The position numbers were made by a program, and so were the translations under genes. This document shows, one piece after another, positions 10,171 to 19,676 of a DNA stretch of 57,111 nucleotides. The notes beneath the pieces were generated by a model. It saw only the letters and a program-made list of their open reading frames with translations, was not told the DNA's origin and made no database searches. The stretch comes from a virus (taxonomy: Duplodnaviria > Caudoviricetes), in IMG/VR virus record IMGVR_UViG_3300037847_002035, positions 1 to 57,111 of that record. One strand, written 5' to 3'. Each line of letters starts with the position of its first letter. The first letter of the stretch is position 1.

Positions 10171-10588
10171 GGGATGCGATTAATGCCTTTTCATAATTTA
10201 ATGCTTTGTGTTTAGTTCCTGCAGGGATCATTAGTTTATCCCCGACTGTTAATATTACTTCTAGACCGTCAACCTCTAGAGATTTAGATCCTGCTTTGAC
10301 TTCAATAATAACGTCTACTGGATCTGTGTGTTCATCAAAGGTAGGTCCGAACTTTGGGTTATAGAATAGATGAATTGTTCTATCGTCAAACTTCCAATGA
10401 CGTTCCATCTGTTCTACTTTTATTGTTACCTTCTCCTCTGCCAAATGCCTCGCCATTTGAGATTGATAATCCCAATAATGAAAGGTGTCTATTTGATCTT
10501 GCAACCCACCCTCTCGTATTATAGATACGTCATGTGATTTGAAGCATTTCTCAGATAGCAGGAAATCCTCGAAGTCTTTAAAGTTCAT
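10121..10588 (-). CDS. cupin/JmjC-like (RoxA/YcfD-type) oxygenase
   Basis: HTDPVD (HxD) metal ligands, GSK, IPAGTKH distal His. Confidence 0.7.
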   Translation of the reverse strand: MNFKDFEDFLLSEKCFKSHDVSIIREGGLQDQIDTFHYWDYQSQMARHLAEEKVTIKVEQMERHWKFDDRTIHLFYNPKFGPTFDEHTDPVDVIIEVKAGSKSLEVDGLEVILTVGDKLMIPAGTKHKALNYEKALIASHGIGDTETLNRIHKDH

Positions 10589-10612
10589 TTACGTTCCTTA
10601 TATATAAAAGAG

Positions 10613-10620
10613 TATTTATA
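10613..10620 (-). promoter_or_regulatory. T4-type late promoter (TATAAATA) of the minus-strand rSAM operon
   Basis: + strand TATTTATA about 25 nt upstream of the 10588 start codon. Confidence 0.7.
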
Positions 10621-10631
10621 ATGAGGTTACA

Positions 10632-11195
10632 ATGATATATCACAGATGGTCTACTCCTATTGAACATTCTTCTAATCATATAGGAATGAAACCAATACAA
10701 GATCACCTTCTCACTCACTATAATGTCCCAAATACTATTGGTGATAATTATAACATATTTGATGACGAAAGTAAACCCATAGAAGACTTAAAAGATATGG
10801 CATATGCCAACTTTAGAAACTTTGCTAACGTAAATTTTGGGGTAAACTTAGACGAATATCATAGCGTGTTAAAAGGGTGGTTGACACCGACAGAAGATCA
10901 TGCTATGGCAGAGCACAATCATATGGGTGCTTGGTTCTCTTCTGTATATTATATAATGGCAGAGGAAGAAGATCAAGGTGGGGAGATAATCTTTACAGAT
11001 CCCAGAACAAATGCAAACCGAGGATATGATCAGAAGTTTGCGAAGCACTTCAAAGAATTTGTTATCCAACCCAAGACAGGCGACTATGTGATATTTCCTT
11101 CGTTCCTCTATCACTGGGTAAACAAATTTACTTCTAGGTTCAGGATAGCAATACCAATCGACATCTACTTATTCGAAAAGACTAGACAATACTAG
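10632..11195 (+). CDS. 2OG-Fe(II) oxygenase (TIGR02466-like, common in marine phages)
   Basis: HNH...SSVYY, FTDPR, IFPSFLYHWV, R..I motifs. Confidence 0.85.
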   Translation: MIYHRWSTPIEHSSNHIGMKPIQDHLLTHYNVPNTIGDNYNIFDDESKPIEDLKDMAYANFRNFANVNFGVNLDEYHSVLKGWLTPTEDHAMAEHNHMGAWFSSVYYIMAEEEDQGGEIIFTDPRTNANRGYDQKFAKHFKEFVIQPKTGDYVIFPSFLYHWVNKFTSRFRIAIPIDIYLFEKTRQY

Positions 11196-11211
11196 GATAA
11201 TGTGATATAAT
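11183..11211 (+). promoter_or_regulatory. sigma70-like promoter
   Basis: TAGACA-17-TATAAT upstream of uvsY. Confidence 0.65.
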
Positions 11212-11217
11212 ATATTC

Positions 11218-11664
11218 ATGATTGACCTAAAGCAAATACACGCAATGTGGGCAGAGGACTGCCAGATAAATCAAATGAAGTTAGCAGACGCATCGAGAGA
11301 TACTCCTGCACTACATGCGAAGTATCTGGAACTGCACTCTACATTTAAACTCATGTTGAAACGTGCAGAGTTTGCACAGAAGACTTTGCTAAAGGACAAA
11401 TGGTTATATTATAATGGTAAGATGTCTGAAGAAGAACTGACTGAAAAAGGATGGGAACCAGATCCGTTCAATGGGTTGAAAATACTCAAAGGGGAAATGG
11501 ATTACTATTACGATTCAGATCCAGAGATACAAAAGTCAGAAGAGAAGATACAGTACTACAAAACTGTTATCGATACTTTAACAGAGATAATAAATAATCT
11601 TAATTGGCGACACCAGACAATAGGTAATATAATCAAGTGGAAGCAATTCGAGTCAGGAAACTAA
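11218..11664 (+). CDS. uvsY: recombination mediator UvsY
   Basis: W..D..I, TP.LHAKYL, YY.G motifs; adjacent to uvsW. Confidence 0.9.
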   Translation: MIDLKQIHAMWAEDCQINQMKLADASRDTPALHAKYLELHSTFKLMLKRAEFAQKTLLKDKWLYYNGKMSEEELTEKGWEPDPFNGLKILKGEMDYYYDSDPEIQKSEEKIQYYKTVIDTLTEIINNLNWRHQTIGNIIKWKQFESGN

Positions 11665-13127
11665 ATCATTCCGATCTCCAGATTGAATGTGATAATGGAA
11701 CAGCACAGGAACTAAACGAATACTTTTCGTTCTACGTACCTGGTTATAAGTTCATGCCAAGTTATCGCAATAAGATCTGGGATGGTAAGATACGTTTGTT
11801 TACTCTCAGAGAGAGAACATTACCTGTTGGATTGTACTACCACCTAAAAGAGTTTTCCGATAAGAGACAATATAATCTATTACCAGAGAAAAGTAAATAC
11901 GGAAAACCAGATGATCGTACTCACGTCAGACCTACAGAACTAAAAGAATTTTTAAATAATTTAAATTTACCATTCCCACTCAGAGAATATCAGTTCCATG
12001 CGGTGGGCGAAGCATTGGTTCGTAAACGAGCAATCTTATTATCACCGACAGGTTCTGGTAAGTCGTACATGATCTATGCACTTGCTAGGTTCTGGTATGC
12101 AATGCTAACAGACGGTAGATCGTTTCCAAAAGGTGGACGTGTTCTTGTGATTGTTCCTACTACTTCTTTGGTTGAGCAAATGCACAGTGACTTCATAAAC
12201 TATGGTATGCCCGAAGGGGGAATGCATAAGATCTACTCTGGTAAGGACAAAGCAGTAGATGCCGCAATCGTGATATCTACATGGCAATCAATATATAAGT
12301 TGCCGAAGGTTTGGTTTGAACAATTTGGTTGTGTCTTTGGGGATGAGGTGCATGGATTCAAGTCAAAGTCTCTGATGAGCATAATGAACAAATGTACAGA
12401 AGCAGAATATAGATTTGGAACGACAGGAACATTAGATGGGTCACAAACGCATGAGTTGGTTTTACAAGGTCTATTCGGGAAGATATATAAAGTCATCACT
12501 ACGAAGCAACTACAGGATAACGATACTCTTGCCGCGCTCACTATCAGGAGAGTCATTCTTTCATATAAACACGAGTTTCGGGAATCTAACAGGGAAAACA
12601 CCTACCAAGAAGAAATCGACTTTATCGTTGGTCACGAGAGACGGAATAAATTTATCAGAAACCTCGCGCTAGATCTCAAGGGGAATACTCTAGTGCTATT
12701 CAATTATGTAGACAAGCATGGGAAACCTTTGCATAATCTGATAAGAGATAAAGCAGAAGATCAGAAAGTATACTTTGTGTCTGGAGAAACTGCAACTTCA
12801 GATAGAGAAGCAATCCGTGGTATTGTTGAGAAGTCTGACGGTGCTATTGTTGTTGCGTCCCTAGGAACCTTTTCCACAGGTATAAATATTAGAAACTTAC
12901 ATAATATAATATTTGCCTCACCGTCCAAGTCTCAGATAAGAGTATTGCAATCAATAGGTAGAGGTCTAAGAAAAAGTGATGATGGAAGAGAAACCATGTT
13001 ATATGATATATCTGATGACCTAACTTGGAAGAAAAGAAAAAACTATTCTCTCTTACACTCAGAGGAGAGAGAAAGAATATACAAAAAAGAACAGTTCAAC
13101 TATAAAACGGCAGTGATCCCCTTATGA
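11637..13127 (+). CDS. uvsW: SF2 helicase UvsW
   Basis: WDGKIRLF, SPTGSGKS, DEVH, QSIGRGLR. Confidence 0.95.
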   Translation: MEAIRVRKLNHSDLQIECDNGTAQELNEYFSFYVPGYKFMPSYRNKIWDGKIRLFTLRERTLPVGLYYHLKEFSDKRQYNLLPEKSKYGKPDDRTHVRPTELKEFLNNLNLPFPLREYQFHAVGEALVRKRAILLSPTGSGKSYMIYALARFWYAMLTDGRSFPKGGRVLVIVPTTSLVEQMHSDFINYGMPEGGMHKIYSGKDKAVDAAIVISTWQSIYKLPKVWFEQFGCVFGDEVHGFKSKSLMSIMNKCTEAEYRFGTTGTLDGSQTHELVLQGLFGKIYKVITTKQLQDNDTLAALTIRRVILSYKHEFRESNRENTYQEEIDFIVGHERRNKFIRNLALDLKGNTLVLFNYVDKHGKPLHNLIRDKAEDQKVYFVSGETATSDREAIRGIVEKSDGAIVVASLGTFSTGINIRNLHNIIFASPSKSQIRVLQSIGRGLRKSDDGRETMLYDISDDLTWKKRKNYSLLHSEERERIYKKEQFNYKTAVIPL

Positions 13128-13609
13128 ATATAAAACAATTTAAATTAGTAAATAATGAAGAGATAGTATGCGAGTTTGTCGATACAGTCGGCAAGGAAGG
13201 TGATATCATTTGTCGAAAGATGTTGAAGATATTTCACGCAGAAGATTACAACAATGGTATTAGATACTATTCGTTCAAACCAATGTTGTCATTCCAAGAC
13301 GATCTTAACACACTCAACGTATTGAACTGTGACCATATAGTTCTGGAGACAGAACCATCAAAGACATTGTTGTATCATTACACCAGTGCTCTTGAAGAAA
13401 TAGAAAGAGTCAAGAAGGTACGTGGAGAAAACAAAGATCTCAACATTGATGAGATCATGATGGACACTACCGACATGACAACAGAAGAAATCGCGGAGTA
13501 CCTACAAGAGAAATATGATATGGGAATGATCTCGGATCAAGAACTTTACTCTCTCGACTCTGCCGATAATAACGTGATTCACTTTAACCCAAAGGGGACT
13601 CTTCACTAG
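13124..13609 (+). CDS. hypothetical T4-like protein
   Basis: 161-aa ORF between uvsW and g55; N-terminal KLVNNEEI. Confidence 0.75.
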   Translation: MNIKQFKLVNNEEIVCEFVDTVGKEGDIICRKMLKIFHAEDYNNGIRYYSFKPMLSFQDDLNTLNVLNCDHIVLETEPSKTLLYHYTSALEEIERVKKVRGENKDLNIDEIMMDTTDMTTEEIAEYLQEKYDMGMISDQELYSLDSADNNVIHFNPKGTLH

Positions 13610-13638
13610 TATCCCCCCACCTCAAAAGGGTCTTTTTT

Positions 13639-13667
13639 ATTATACACCTATTTTATGATTCTGTCAA
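13639..13667 (-). promoter_or_regulatory. consensus sigma70 promoter in antisense orientation
   Basis: minus strand TTGACA-17-TATAAT. Confidence 0.65.
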
Positions 13668-13702
13668 CCCCTATTTTTTTATTTAAAACAAAAAGATAGT
13701 AT

Positions 13703-13731
13703 TTTACATTCCCTTTGAATTTTGATATAAT
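13703..13731 (+). promoter_or_regulatory. sigma70-like promoter of g55
   Basis: TTTACA-17-TATAAT. Confidence 0.75.
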
Positions 13732-13753
13732 ATTGTTATGAAAGGATATTATT

Positions 13754-14350
13754 ATGCCACGAAAGAATAAGAAAAGCGCACATTATGTGAATAACGCAGA
13801 TTTCTCGAATGCAGTCGTGGAATACGTAAAGACAGTTAATGAAGCAAAGTCTTCAAACAAAACTATACCCAAAGTACCAGATTATATTGCTCAGTGTTTT
13901 CTTAGTATCGCTGAAGGTTTGTCTCACAAATCTAATTTTATTCGCTACACATACCGCGAAGAAATGGTCATGGATGCAGTTGAGAACTGTCTCAAGGCAA
14001 TAGAAAACTATAGCATAGAAGCGGCAACCAGAACAGGTAAACCAAATGCATTTGCATATTTTACTCAGATAACTTGGTACGCATTTTTACGTAGGATTGC
14101 AAAAGAGAAAAAACAGCAAGACATTAAACTAAAATATCTAACAAGATCAGGAATAGAACAATTCGTTGATGGCGATCTAAGCGATGATTACACTATGAAT
14201 GTTGTGGGGTCTTTTGTTGATACGCTCAGAGATCGTATAGATAAAGTGAGAGAATTTGACACAGAAGTCAAAACATATGCCAAAGAAGAGAAACTCAGAA
14301 AGAAACGTGCAGTGGTTGTAGATTCTGACTTGACGGAGTTTATGAAGTGA
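13754..14350 (+). CDS. g55: late transcription sigma factor gp55
   Basis: HYVNN, IAEGLSHKSNF..YTYREEMVMDAVENC, NAFAYFTQI. Confidence 0.95.
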   Translation: MPRKNKKSAHYVNNADFSNAVVEYVKTVNEAKSSNKTIPKVPDYIAQCFLSIAEGLSHKSNFIRYTYREEMVMDAVENCLKAIENYSIEAATRTGKPNAFAYFTQITWYAFLRRIAKEKKQQDIKLKYLTRSGIEQFVDGDLSDDYTMNVVGSFVDTLRDRIDKVREFDTEVKTYAKEEKLRKKRAVVVDSDLTEFMK

Positions 14351-15408
14351 AGGTAGCAGTATTAAATGACACACATTGCGGTATCCGAAATAGTTCTGAT
14401 ATCTTTCTTAATAATGCTTCTGATTTTTACAGTAAAGTTTTCTTTCCTTATTGTAAAGAGCATGATGTCAAACAAATTGTTCACCTTGGTGATTATTATG
14501 ATAATCGTAAGTTTATGAACTTCAAGGCACAGAACCACAGTCGTAAATCATTTCTAGATCCGATGCGTGAACTTGGTATGCGAATGGATATCATACCTGG
14601 TAATCACGACACCTACTACAAAAATACAAATGATTTAAATTCTCTGAAAGAACTTCTGGGTTACTACATGAACGAGATCCATATCATTATGGAACCCAAG
14701 GTTATGGAGTACGGTTCTTTGAAGATGGCAATGATCCCTTGGATCAACCAAGAGAACTATGACGATACAATGAAGTTCATCAAGAACTGTCAGGCAGATT
14801 GGTGTGGTGCACACTTAGAACTCGATGGGTTTGAAATGATGCGTGGTATCAAGAACGTGCATGGTATGGATCATAAGATCTTTAGTAAGTTCGAGAAAGT
14901 ACTGACTGGTCACTTTCACGTTGGTTCCCAGATGGACAACATTCACTACCTTGGTTCGCAGATGGAGTTCTTCTGGTCTGATGCTCATGACAAGAAGTAT
15001 TTCCACGTGATAGATACCGAGACCAGAGAAATAGAAAAGGTACATAATCCACACACTTTATTTCATAAAGTACTTTACAATGATGAGAAAATGGATTATA
15101 ATAACTATGACGTATCACAATGTGAACAGAAGTTTGTGAAGGTTGTGGTTGTCAATAAGAAGGATACATTTTTATTTGATAGGTTTATTGATCGTATTCA
15201 AAACGAGAACATACACGAACTAAAGATCGCAGAGAACTTTCAAGAGTTCACAGGTGAAAATGTACATGATGATAATATTGAGTTTGACGATACGCCAAAA
15301 CTTGTAGACTCCTACATCGATGGTGTTGACACAGATCTGGACAAGGACAAGATTAAGATTCAGATGCGAGAACTCATGACTGAAGCACAGGCACTGGAAA
15401 TTGCATGA
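14347..15408 (+). CDS. g47: recombination endonuclease subunit gp47 (Mre11-like)
   Basis: DTH.G, HLGD, GNHD, GHFH metallophosphoesterase motifs. Confidence 0.95.
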   Translation: MKVAVLNDTHCGIRNSSDIFLNNASDFYSKVFFPYCKEHDVKQIVHLGDYYDNRKFMNFKAQNHSRKSFLDPMRELGMRMDIIPGNHDTYYKNTNDLNSLKELLGYYMNEIHIIMEPKVMEYGSLKMAMIPWINQENYDDTMKFIKNCQADWCGAHLELDGFEMMRGIKNVHGMDHKIFSKFEKVLTGHFHVGSQMDNIHYLGSQMEFFWSDAHDKKYFHVIDTETREIEKVHNPHTLFHKVLYNDEKMDYNNYDVSQCEQKFVKVVVVNKKDTFLFDRFIDRIQNENIHELKIAENFQEFTGENVHDDNIEFDDTPKLVDSYIDGVDTDLDKDKIKIQMRELMTEAQALEIA

Positions 15409-17114
15409 TTAATTTTACAGAGGTAAACTGGAAGAACTTCCTATCCACTGGTGATAAGTGGACAGAGGTTCAGTTAGATAAGGCAAAGAGTACATTAGTT
15501 GTTGGGCATAATGGCGCAGGTAAGTCTACTATGCTTGATGCTATCTCTTTTGCTTTGTTCGGTAAACCTCATAGAAATATCACAAAGGCACAGTTGGTCA
15601 ATTCAATCAATGGCAAGGGCACACTGGTCATTGTAAAGTTTACAATAGGTGATAACAACTTTGTGGTAACACGTGGTATCAAACCAAATGTATTTGAGAT
15701 CCACAAGAATGGCGTGATGATTAACCAATCGTCTCATGCCAAAGAGTACCAGAAGATCCTCGAACAAAACATTCTTAAACTAAATCATAAGTCTTTCCAC
15801 CAAGTTGTAGTATTGGGTTCCTCCTCTTTTATTCCCTTTATGCAACTACAGAGTGGACACCGTAGGGATGTGATCGAGGATCTTTTGGATATCAATGTAT
15901 TCTCCAAGATGAATACACTACTAAAAGAAAAACAAAAGATACTATCAGATACACTGAAGGATCTAAACTATAAGATTGACATACAGACAAACAAGATCGA
16001 GACTCAAGAGAAGTACATTCGAGACATCAAGTCATTGACTGATGAGAATAAGAAAGAGTACGAGTCTCGCATTGCTGATGCACAATCCAACATAGAAGAT
16101 CTGCAGAAAATAAACTCTGAAGCAAGTGTTGATCTTGACTCTAAGATCGAGACTGCAGAGAATGCATTGAAGACACTCAATGATGAAAAGCAAGATCTAC
16201 TACTAAGAAGTCAGGATATCAAAACTCAGATGGGAGCAATCACGAAACGTGCTAAGTTCTATGATGAGAATGATACCTGCCCAGAATGCCAACAAACACT
16301 TGTCGATGATTTGCGTAAGAAGAATATAGACGAATGCAAACATGAAGCAAGAGGACTTGCATCTAGTAAGAAAGCAATTGGCGAAAGAGGTGTTGGAGTC
16401 GAAGCACAGATCAGTCTTGTCACCGAGGATCTAAAAGATCTAAGGTTGCAGGTCTCAGAGATTGCCAACAACAATAAAGAGATATCCTCACTCCAGAAAA
16501 CTATTGGTGAGTACCAGAGGTTTCTGGATAAGGAAGTAGTTGCGGATCTAACTGCCGCAACAAGCGATTGTGAATCAATGAAGCAGGAGAAGCAATCGTT
16601 CATGGAAGAGAAGTTCGAGATATCAGAACAGTACAACTACAATTCTGTTATGGGAGAAATGCTAAAAGATACTGGTATAAAAACAAAGATAATCAAACAG
16701 TATCTACCTGCAATCAACCAACTTACAAATAAGTATTTGCAGGTGCTCGACTTCTTTGTCCACTTTAATCTTGATGAGTCATTTGTAGAAACGATTAGAT
16801 CAAGACATAGGGATGCGTTTACTTACGACTCTTTCAGTGAAGGAGAGAAACAGCGTATCGACTTGGCACTTCTCTTTACTTGGAGACAGATTGCCAAGAT
16901 GAAGAACTCGGTTGCTACTAACTTACTAATCCTAGATGAGACGTTTGACTCATCACTGGATCATGAGGGTGTAGAGAACCTATTGAAGATATTGTACACT
17001 CTTGGTGAGGATACAAATGTATTTGTAATATCCCATAAGGGAGACATACTTGACGGTAAGTTCGAACAAAAGATTGAGTTTAGAAAAGAAAGAAACTTCA
17101 GTAAAATGTATTGA
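15405..17114 (+). CDS. g46: recombination endonuclease subunit gp46 (Rad50-like)
   Basis: GHNGAGKST, CPEC zinc hook, FSEGE, LDETFD, ISH. Confidence 0.95.
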   Translation: MINFTEVNWKNFLSTGDKWTEVQLDKAKSTLVVGHNGAGKSTMLDAISFALFGKPHRNITKAQLVNSINGKGTLVIVKFTIGDNNFVVTRGIKPNVFEIHKNGVMINQSSHAKEYQKILEQNILKLNHKSFHQVVVLGSSSFIPFMQLQSGHRRDVIEDLLDINVFSKMNTLLKEKQKILSDTLKDLNYKIDIQTNKIETQEKYIRDIKSLTDENKKEYESRIADAQSNIEDLQKINSEASVDLDSKIETAENALKTLNDEKQDLLLRSQDIKTQMGAITKRAKFYDENDTCPECQQTLVDDLRKKNIDECKHEARGLASSKKAIGERGVGVEAQISLVTEDLKDLRLQVSEIANNNKEISSLQKTIGEYQRFLDKEVVADLTAATSDCESMKQEKQSFMEEKFEISEQYNYNSVMGEMLKDTGIKTKIIKQYLPAINQLTNKYLQVLDFFVHFNLDESFVETIRSRHRDAFTYDSFSEGEKQRIDLALLFTWRQIAKMKNSVATNLLILDETFDSSLDHEGVENLLKILYTLGEDTNVFVISHKGDILDGKFEQKIEFRKERNFSKMY

Positions 17115-17139
17115 CACTCAGTCGAGTGTGTGGTATAAT
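17111..17139 (+). promoter_or_regulatory. sigma70 promoter of g45
   Basis: TTGACA-17-TATAAT. Confidence 0.8.
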
Positions 17140-17167
17140 TACTGGAGTTTAACCCACGGAGTATATT

Positions 17168-17845
17168 ATGGAACTACAGGAACAAACCTTAAATGTTCTC
17201 AAAAACTTTTCGGATATCAATCCGAATTTAATAATCAAAGAGGGTAATACAATTAGGACTATCAGTGAGGCAAAGAATGTCGTTGCCACTGCGATAGTTG
17301 ATAACGAGTTCCCTCAAACAATGGGCATCTATGACTTGAAAGAATTCATTGGTGTCTTGTCATTGGTTGACCAACCAAATCTAAAATTTGCTGAAGAATC
17401 AGTTACAGTTAGTGATCAGAGTGGTCGATCTAAAGTAAGGTATTTCTTCTCACCAGAAGAAACATTGACTACTCCAAAGAAAGATATTACCTTCCCAGAA
17501 GCAGACGTGTCGTTTACTCTTGAGTCAAACACACTGAACAGACTGCGAAGTGCGGCATCTACTTTGGGACACTCAGAGGTTTCAATCACACCTAGCGATG
17601 GTATGTTGACTCTCTCAGTCTTAGATGAAGGTAATGCTACATCTAATACATATTCAATAGATGTGCCTTACACAATTAAACCAGATCAAGACTTCAAGTT
17701 TGTTGTCAAGATCTCTAACTTAAAAATCCTACCTGGTAATTATGAAGTGAACTTATCATCCAAGATGATCTCTGAATTCAAGAATACAGATACAAATGTT
17801 CGCTACTTCATTGCCCTAGAGAAATCATCAAAATTTGGAGTATAA
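17168..17845 (+). CDS. g45: sliding clamp gp45
   Basis: LKNFSDIN, GIYDL.EF, YFIALE; T4 synteny. Confidence 0.93.
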   Translation: MELQEQTLNVLKNFSDINPNLIIKEGNTIRTISEAKNVVATAIVDNEFPQTMGIYDLKEFIGVLSLVDQPNLKFAEESVTVSDQSGRSKVRYFFSPEETLTTPKKDITFPEADVSFTLESNTLNRLRSAASTLGHSEVSITPSDGMLTLSVLDEGNATSNTYSIDVPYTIKPDQDFKFVVKISNLKILPGNYEVNLSSKMISEFKNTDTNVRYFIALEKSSKFGV

Positions 17846-17846
17846 G

Positions 17847-18050
17847 ATGGCAGAAAAATATGATGAACTAATGAAACTTGCTAACCAAGTATCTCGCTCA
17901 ACTGTTGCAGTAGTTGATGCGGTTACTCAACGTGGTGGTTTCAAGGGAGAAGAACTCTCTACCATTGGTCAGTTACGTGACCAAGCAATCCAGACGATAT
18001 CTATTGTAGAGAACCTACAACAAGATGCCGCCATGGAGACTGAAGAATAA
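17847..18050 (+). CDS. small hypothetical protein
   Basis: ORF with GGAG RBS; contains QRGGFKGEELSTIG. Confidence 0.7.
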   Translation: MAEKYDELMKLANQVSRSTVAVVDAVTQRGGFKGEELSTIGQLRDQAIQTISIVENLQQDAAMETEE

Positions 18051-18052
18051 GG

Positions 18053-18081
18053 TTTACATTCACACTCAAATTTGATATAAT
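18053..18081 (+). promoter_or_regulatory. sigma70-like promoter of g44
   Basis: TTTACA-17-TATAAT. Confidence 0.75.
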
Positions 18082-18104
18082 GTTTTTTGTGATGGAGTAT
18101 ATGA

Positions 18105-19034
18105 ATGAACCAATTTCTTTGGGTGGAGAAATACCGCCCACAAACAATAGAAGAATGTATTCTTGACAAATCGTTAAAGGATACATTCAATAAGATAGCA
18201 GAGTCAGGTGAGATACCAAATATGTTATTCACTGGCACTGCAGGTCTTGGCAAAACAACAGTTGCCAAGGCACTATGCAATATGCTTGACCTTGACTATA
18301 TTGTCATCAACGGATCTGAAGAGGGCAACATAGACACTCTCCGTGGGAAGATCAAGCAGTTTGCGAGTACTGTCTCACTTCAAGGTGGCATCAAGGTTGT
18401 GATACTTGATGAGGCAGATTATCTAAACCCACAGTCTACCCAACCTGCCCTTCGCGGATTTATCGAAGAGTTCGCCAACAACTGTCGGTTTATACTTACT
18501 TGTAATTTCAAGAACAGAATCATTGAACCTCTACATTCTCGATGCGGTGTGTATGAGTTCAATGGTGGAGATAAGCAACAACTATGTAATGACTTCTTTA
18601 TCAGGACTCAGGGTATCCTAGACAAGGAAGGTATTCCTTATGATAAACCTGCACTAGCAGAACTTATCATGAAGTACTATCCAGATTGGAGACGTGTACT
18701 AAATGAGTTGCAAAGATATTCATTATCTGGTAAAATAGATATTGGTATCTTAAATAATATTTCAGATAAAAATTACAATGATCTATTCTCGTCTATCAAG
18801 AATAAAAACTTCAAGAAGATGAGATCTTGGGTTGTAAACAATATAGATACAGATGCGTCTGCTATTTTTAGATCCATCTATGATCGGATGCAGGATCATG
18901 TGAAACCTCAATCGATTCCACAGTTGGTTCTAATCCTAGCAGACTATCAATATAAAAACGCATTCGTTGCTGATCACGAACTCAACGTTGTTGCATGTCT
19001 TACAGAGGTTATGGCAAATGTCGAATTCACTTAG
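18105..19034 (+). CDS. g44: clamp loader large subunit gp44
   Basis: WVEKYRP, GTAGLGKTT, LDEAD, SRC. Confidence 0.95.
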   Translation: MNQFLWVEKYRPQTIEECILDKSLKDTFNKIAESGEIPNMLFTGTAGLGKTTVAKALCNMLDLDYIVINGSEEGNIDTLRGKIKQFASTVSLQGGIKVVILDEADYLNPQSTQPALRGFIEEFANNCRFILTCNFKNRIIEPLHSRCGVYEFNGGDKQQLCNDFFIRTQGILDKEGIPYDKPALAELIMKYYPDWRRVLNELQRYSLSGKIDIGILNNISDKNYNDLFSSIKNKNFKKMRSWVVNNIDTDASAIFRSIYDRMQDHVKPQSIPQLVLILADYQYKNAFVADHELNVVACLTEVMANVEFT

Positions 19035-19305
19035 ATTATTCACTAAAGATGATTGTCCCTATTGCGATGCTATGAAAAACAAGTTAACCACTTGGGGTAT
19101 AAATTTTGAAACTATAAACATTAGCGAAGATATAGAATCAAAATACTTTTTAAAAGAAAATGGACACCGAACAGTTCCACAACTGTATTTTGGTGATCAT
19201 CATGTCAATAAGGTTCCCACCAATGAATTTACACACGAAGAGTTGATGCGTGGTATGCGAGGTGCATATCCAATGCAGGACTCTGGTGTAGAGGATATGT
19301 CGTGA
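19018..19305 (+). CDS. glutaredoxin
   Basis: CPYC, TVPQ. Confidence 0.9.
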   Translation: MSNSLRLFTKDDCPYCDAMKNKLTTWGINFETINISEDIESKYFLKENGHRTVPQLYFGDHHVNKVPTNEFTHEELMRGMRGAYPMQDSGVEDMS

Positions 19306-19676
19306 ACCCATTCTCGTTTGTAACCGCAATCAATGACAACAAAGATATCATGGTTGATGATCTTGCTGAGAAAGCATATGACCCATTCATGGTAAACAGG
19401 TCGCTATCGTATTTCCAAGATACGGTCTTGAGTGCCAATGAAATGAACATCAACCATCATATTGACAAACGTCTACAAAACGATTTTCTTATAAATATGG
19501 TTAGGAAACGGAAAAGATTCTCCAAGTGGGATAAACCGAATTCTAACAGTGACGTGGAAGTTGTCAAAGAATATTATGGTTATAATAACGAAAAGGCACG
19601 TAATGCTTTGACCCTTCTAACAAGTGAACAAATTGATATATTGAGACAGAAGGTTTATAAAGGTGGAAGAAAATAA
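19302..19676 (+). CDS. g62: clamp loader small subunit gp62
   Basis: Y.PFMVNRSLSY, RKRKRFSKW, KEYYGY; synteny. Confidence 0.92.
   Translation: MNPFSFVTAINDNKDIMVDDLAEKAYDPFMVNRSLSYFQDTVLSANEMNINHHIDKRLQNDFLINMVRKRKRFSKWDKPNSNSDVEVVKEYYGYNNEKARNALTLLTSEQIDILRQKVYKGGRK

Noticed and set aside
3-11195. RiPP precursor peptide for the rSAM cluster
   Set aside because: No convincing short leader-core ORF was found in the window; the cluster runs off the left edge, so a precursor may lie upstream
12881-12888. TATAAATA inside uvsW (also at 19490 inside g62)
   Set aside because: Both lie inside conserved coding sequence; they may be real late promoters but cannot be told from chance matches here
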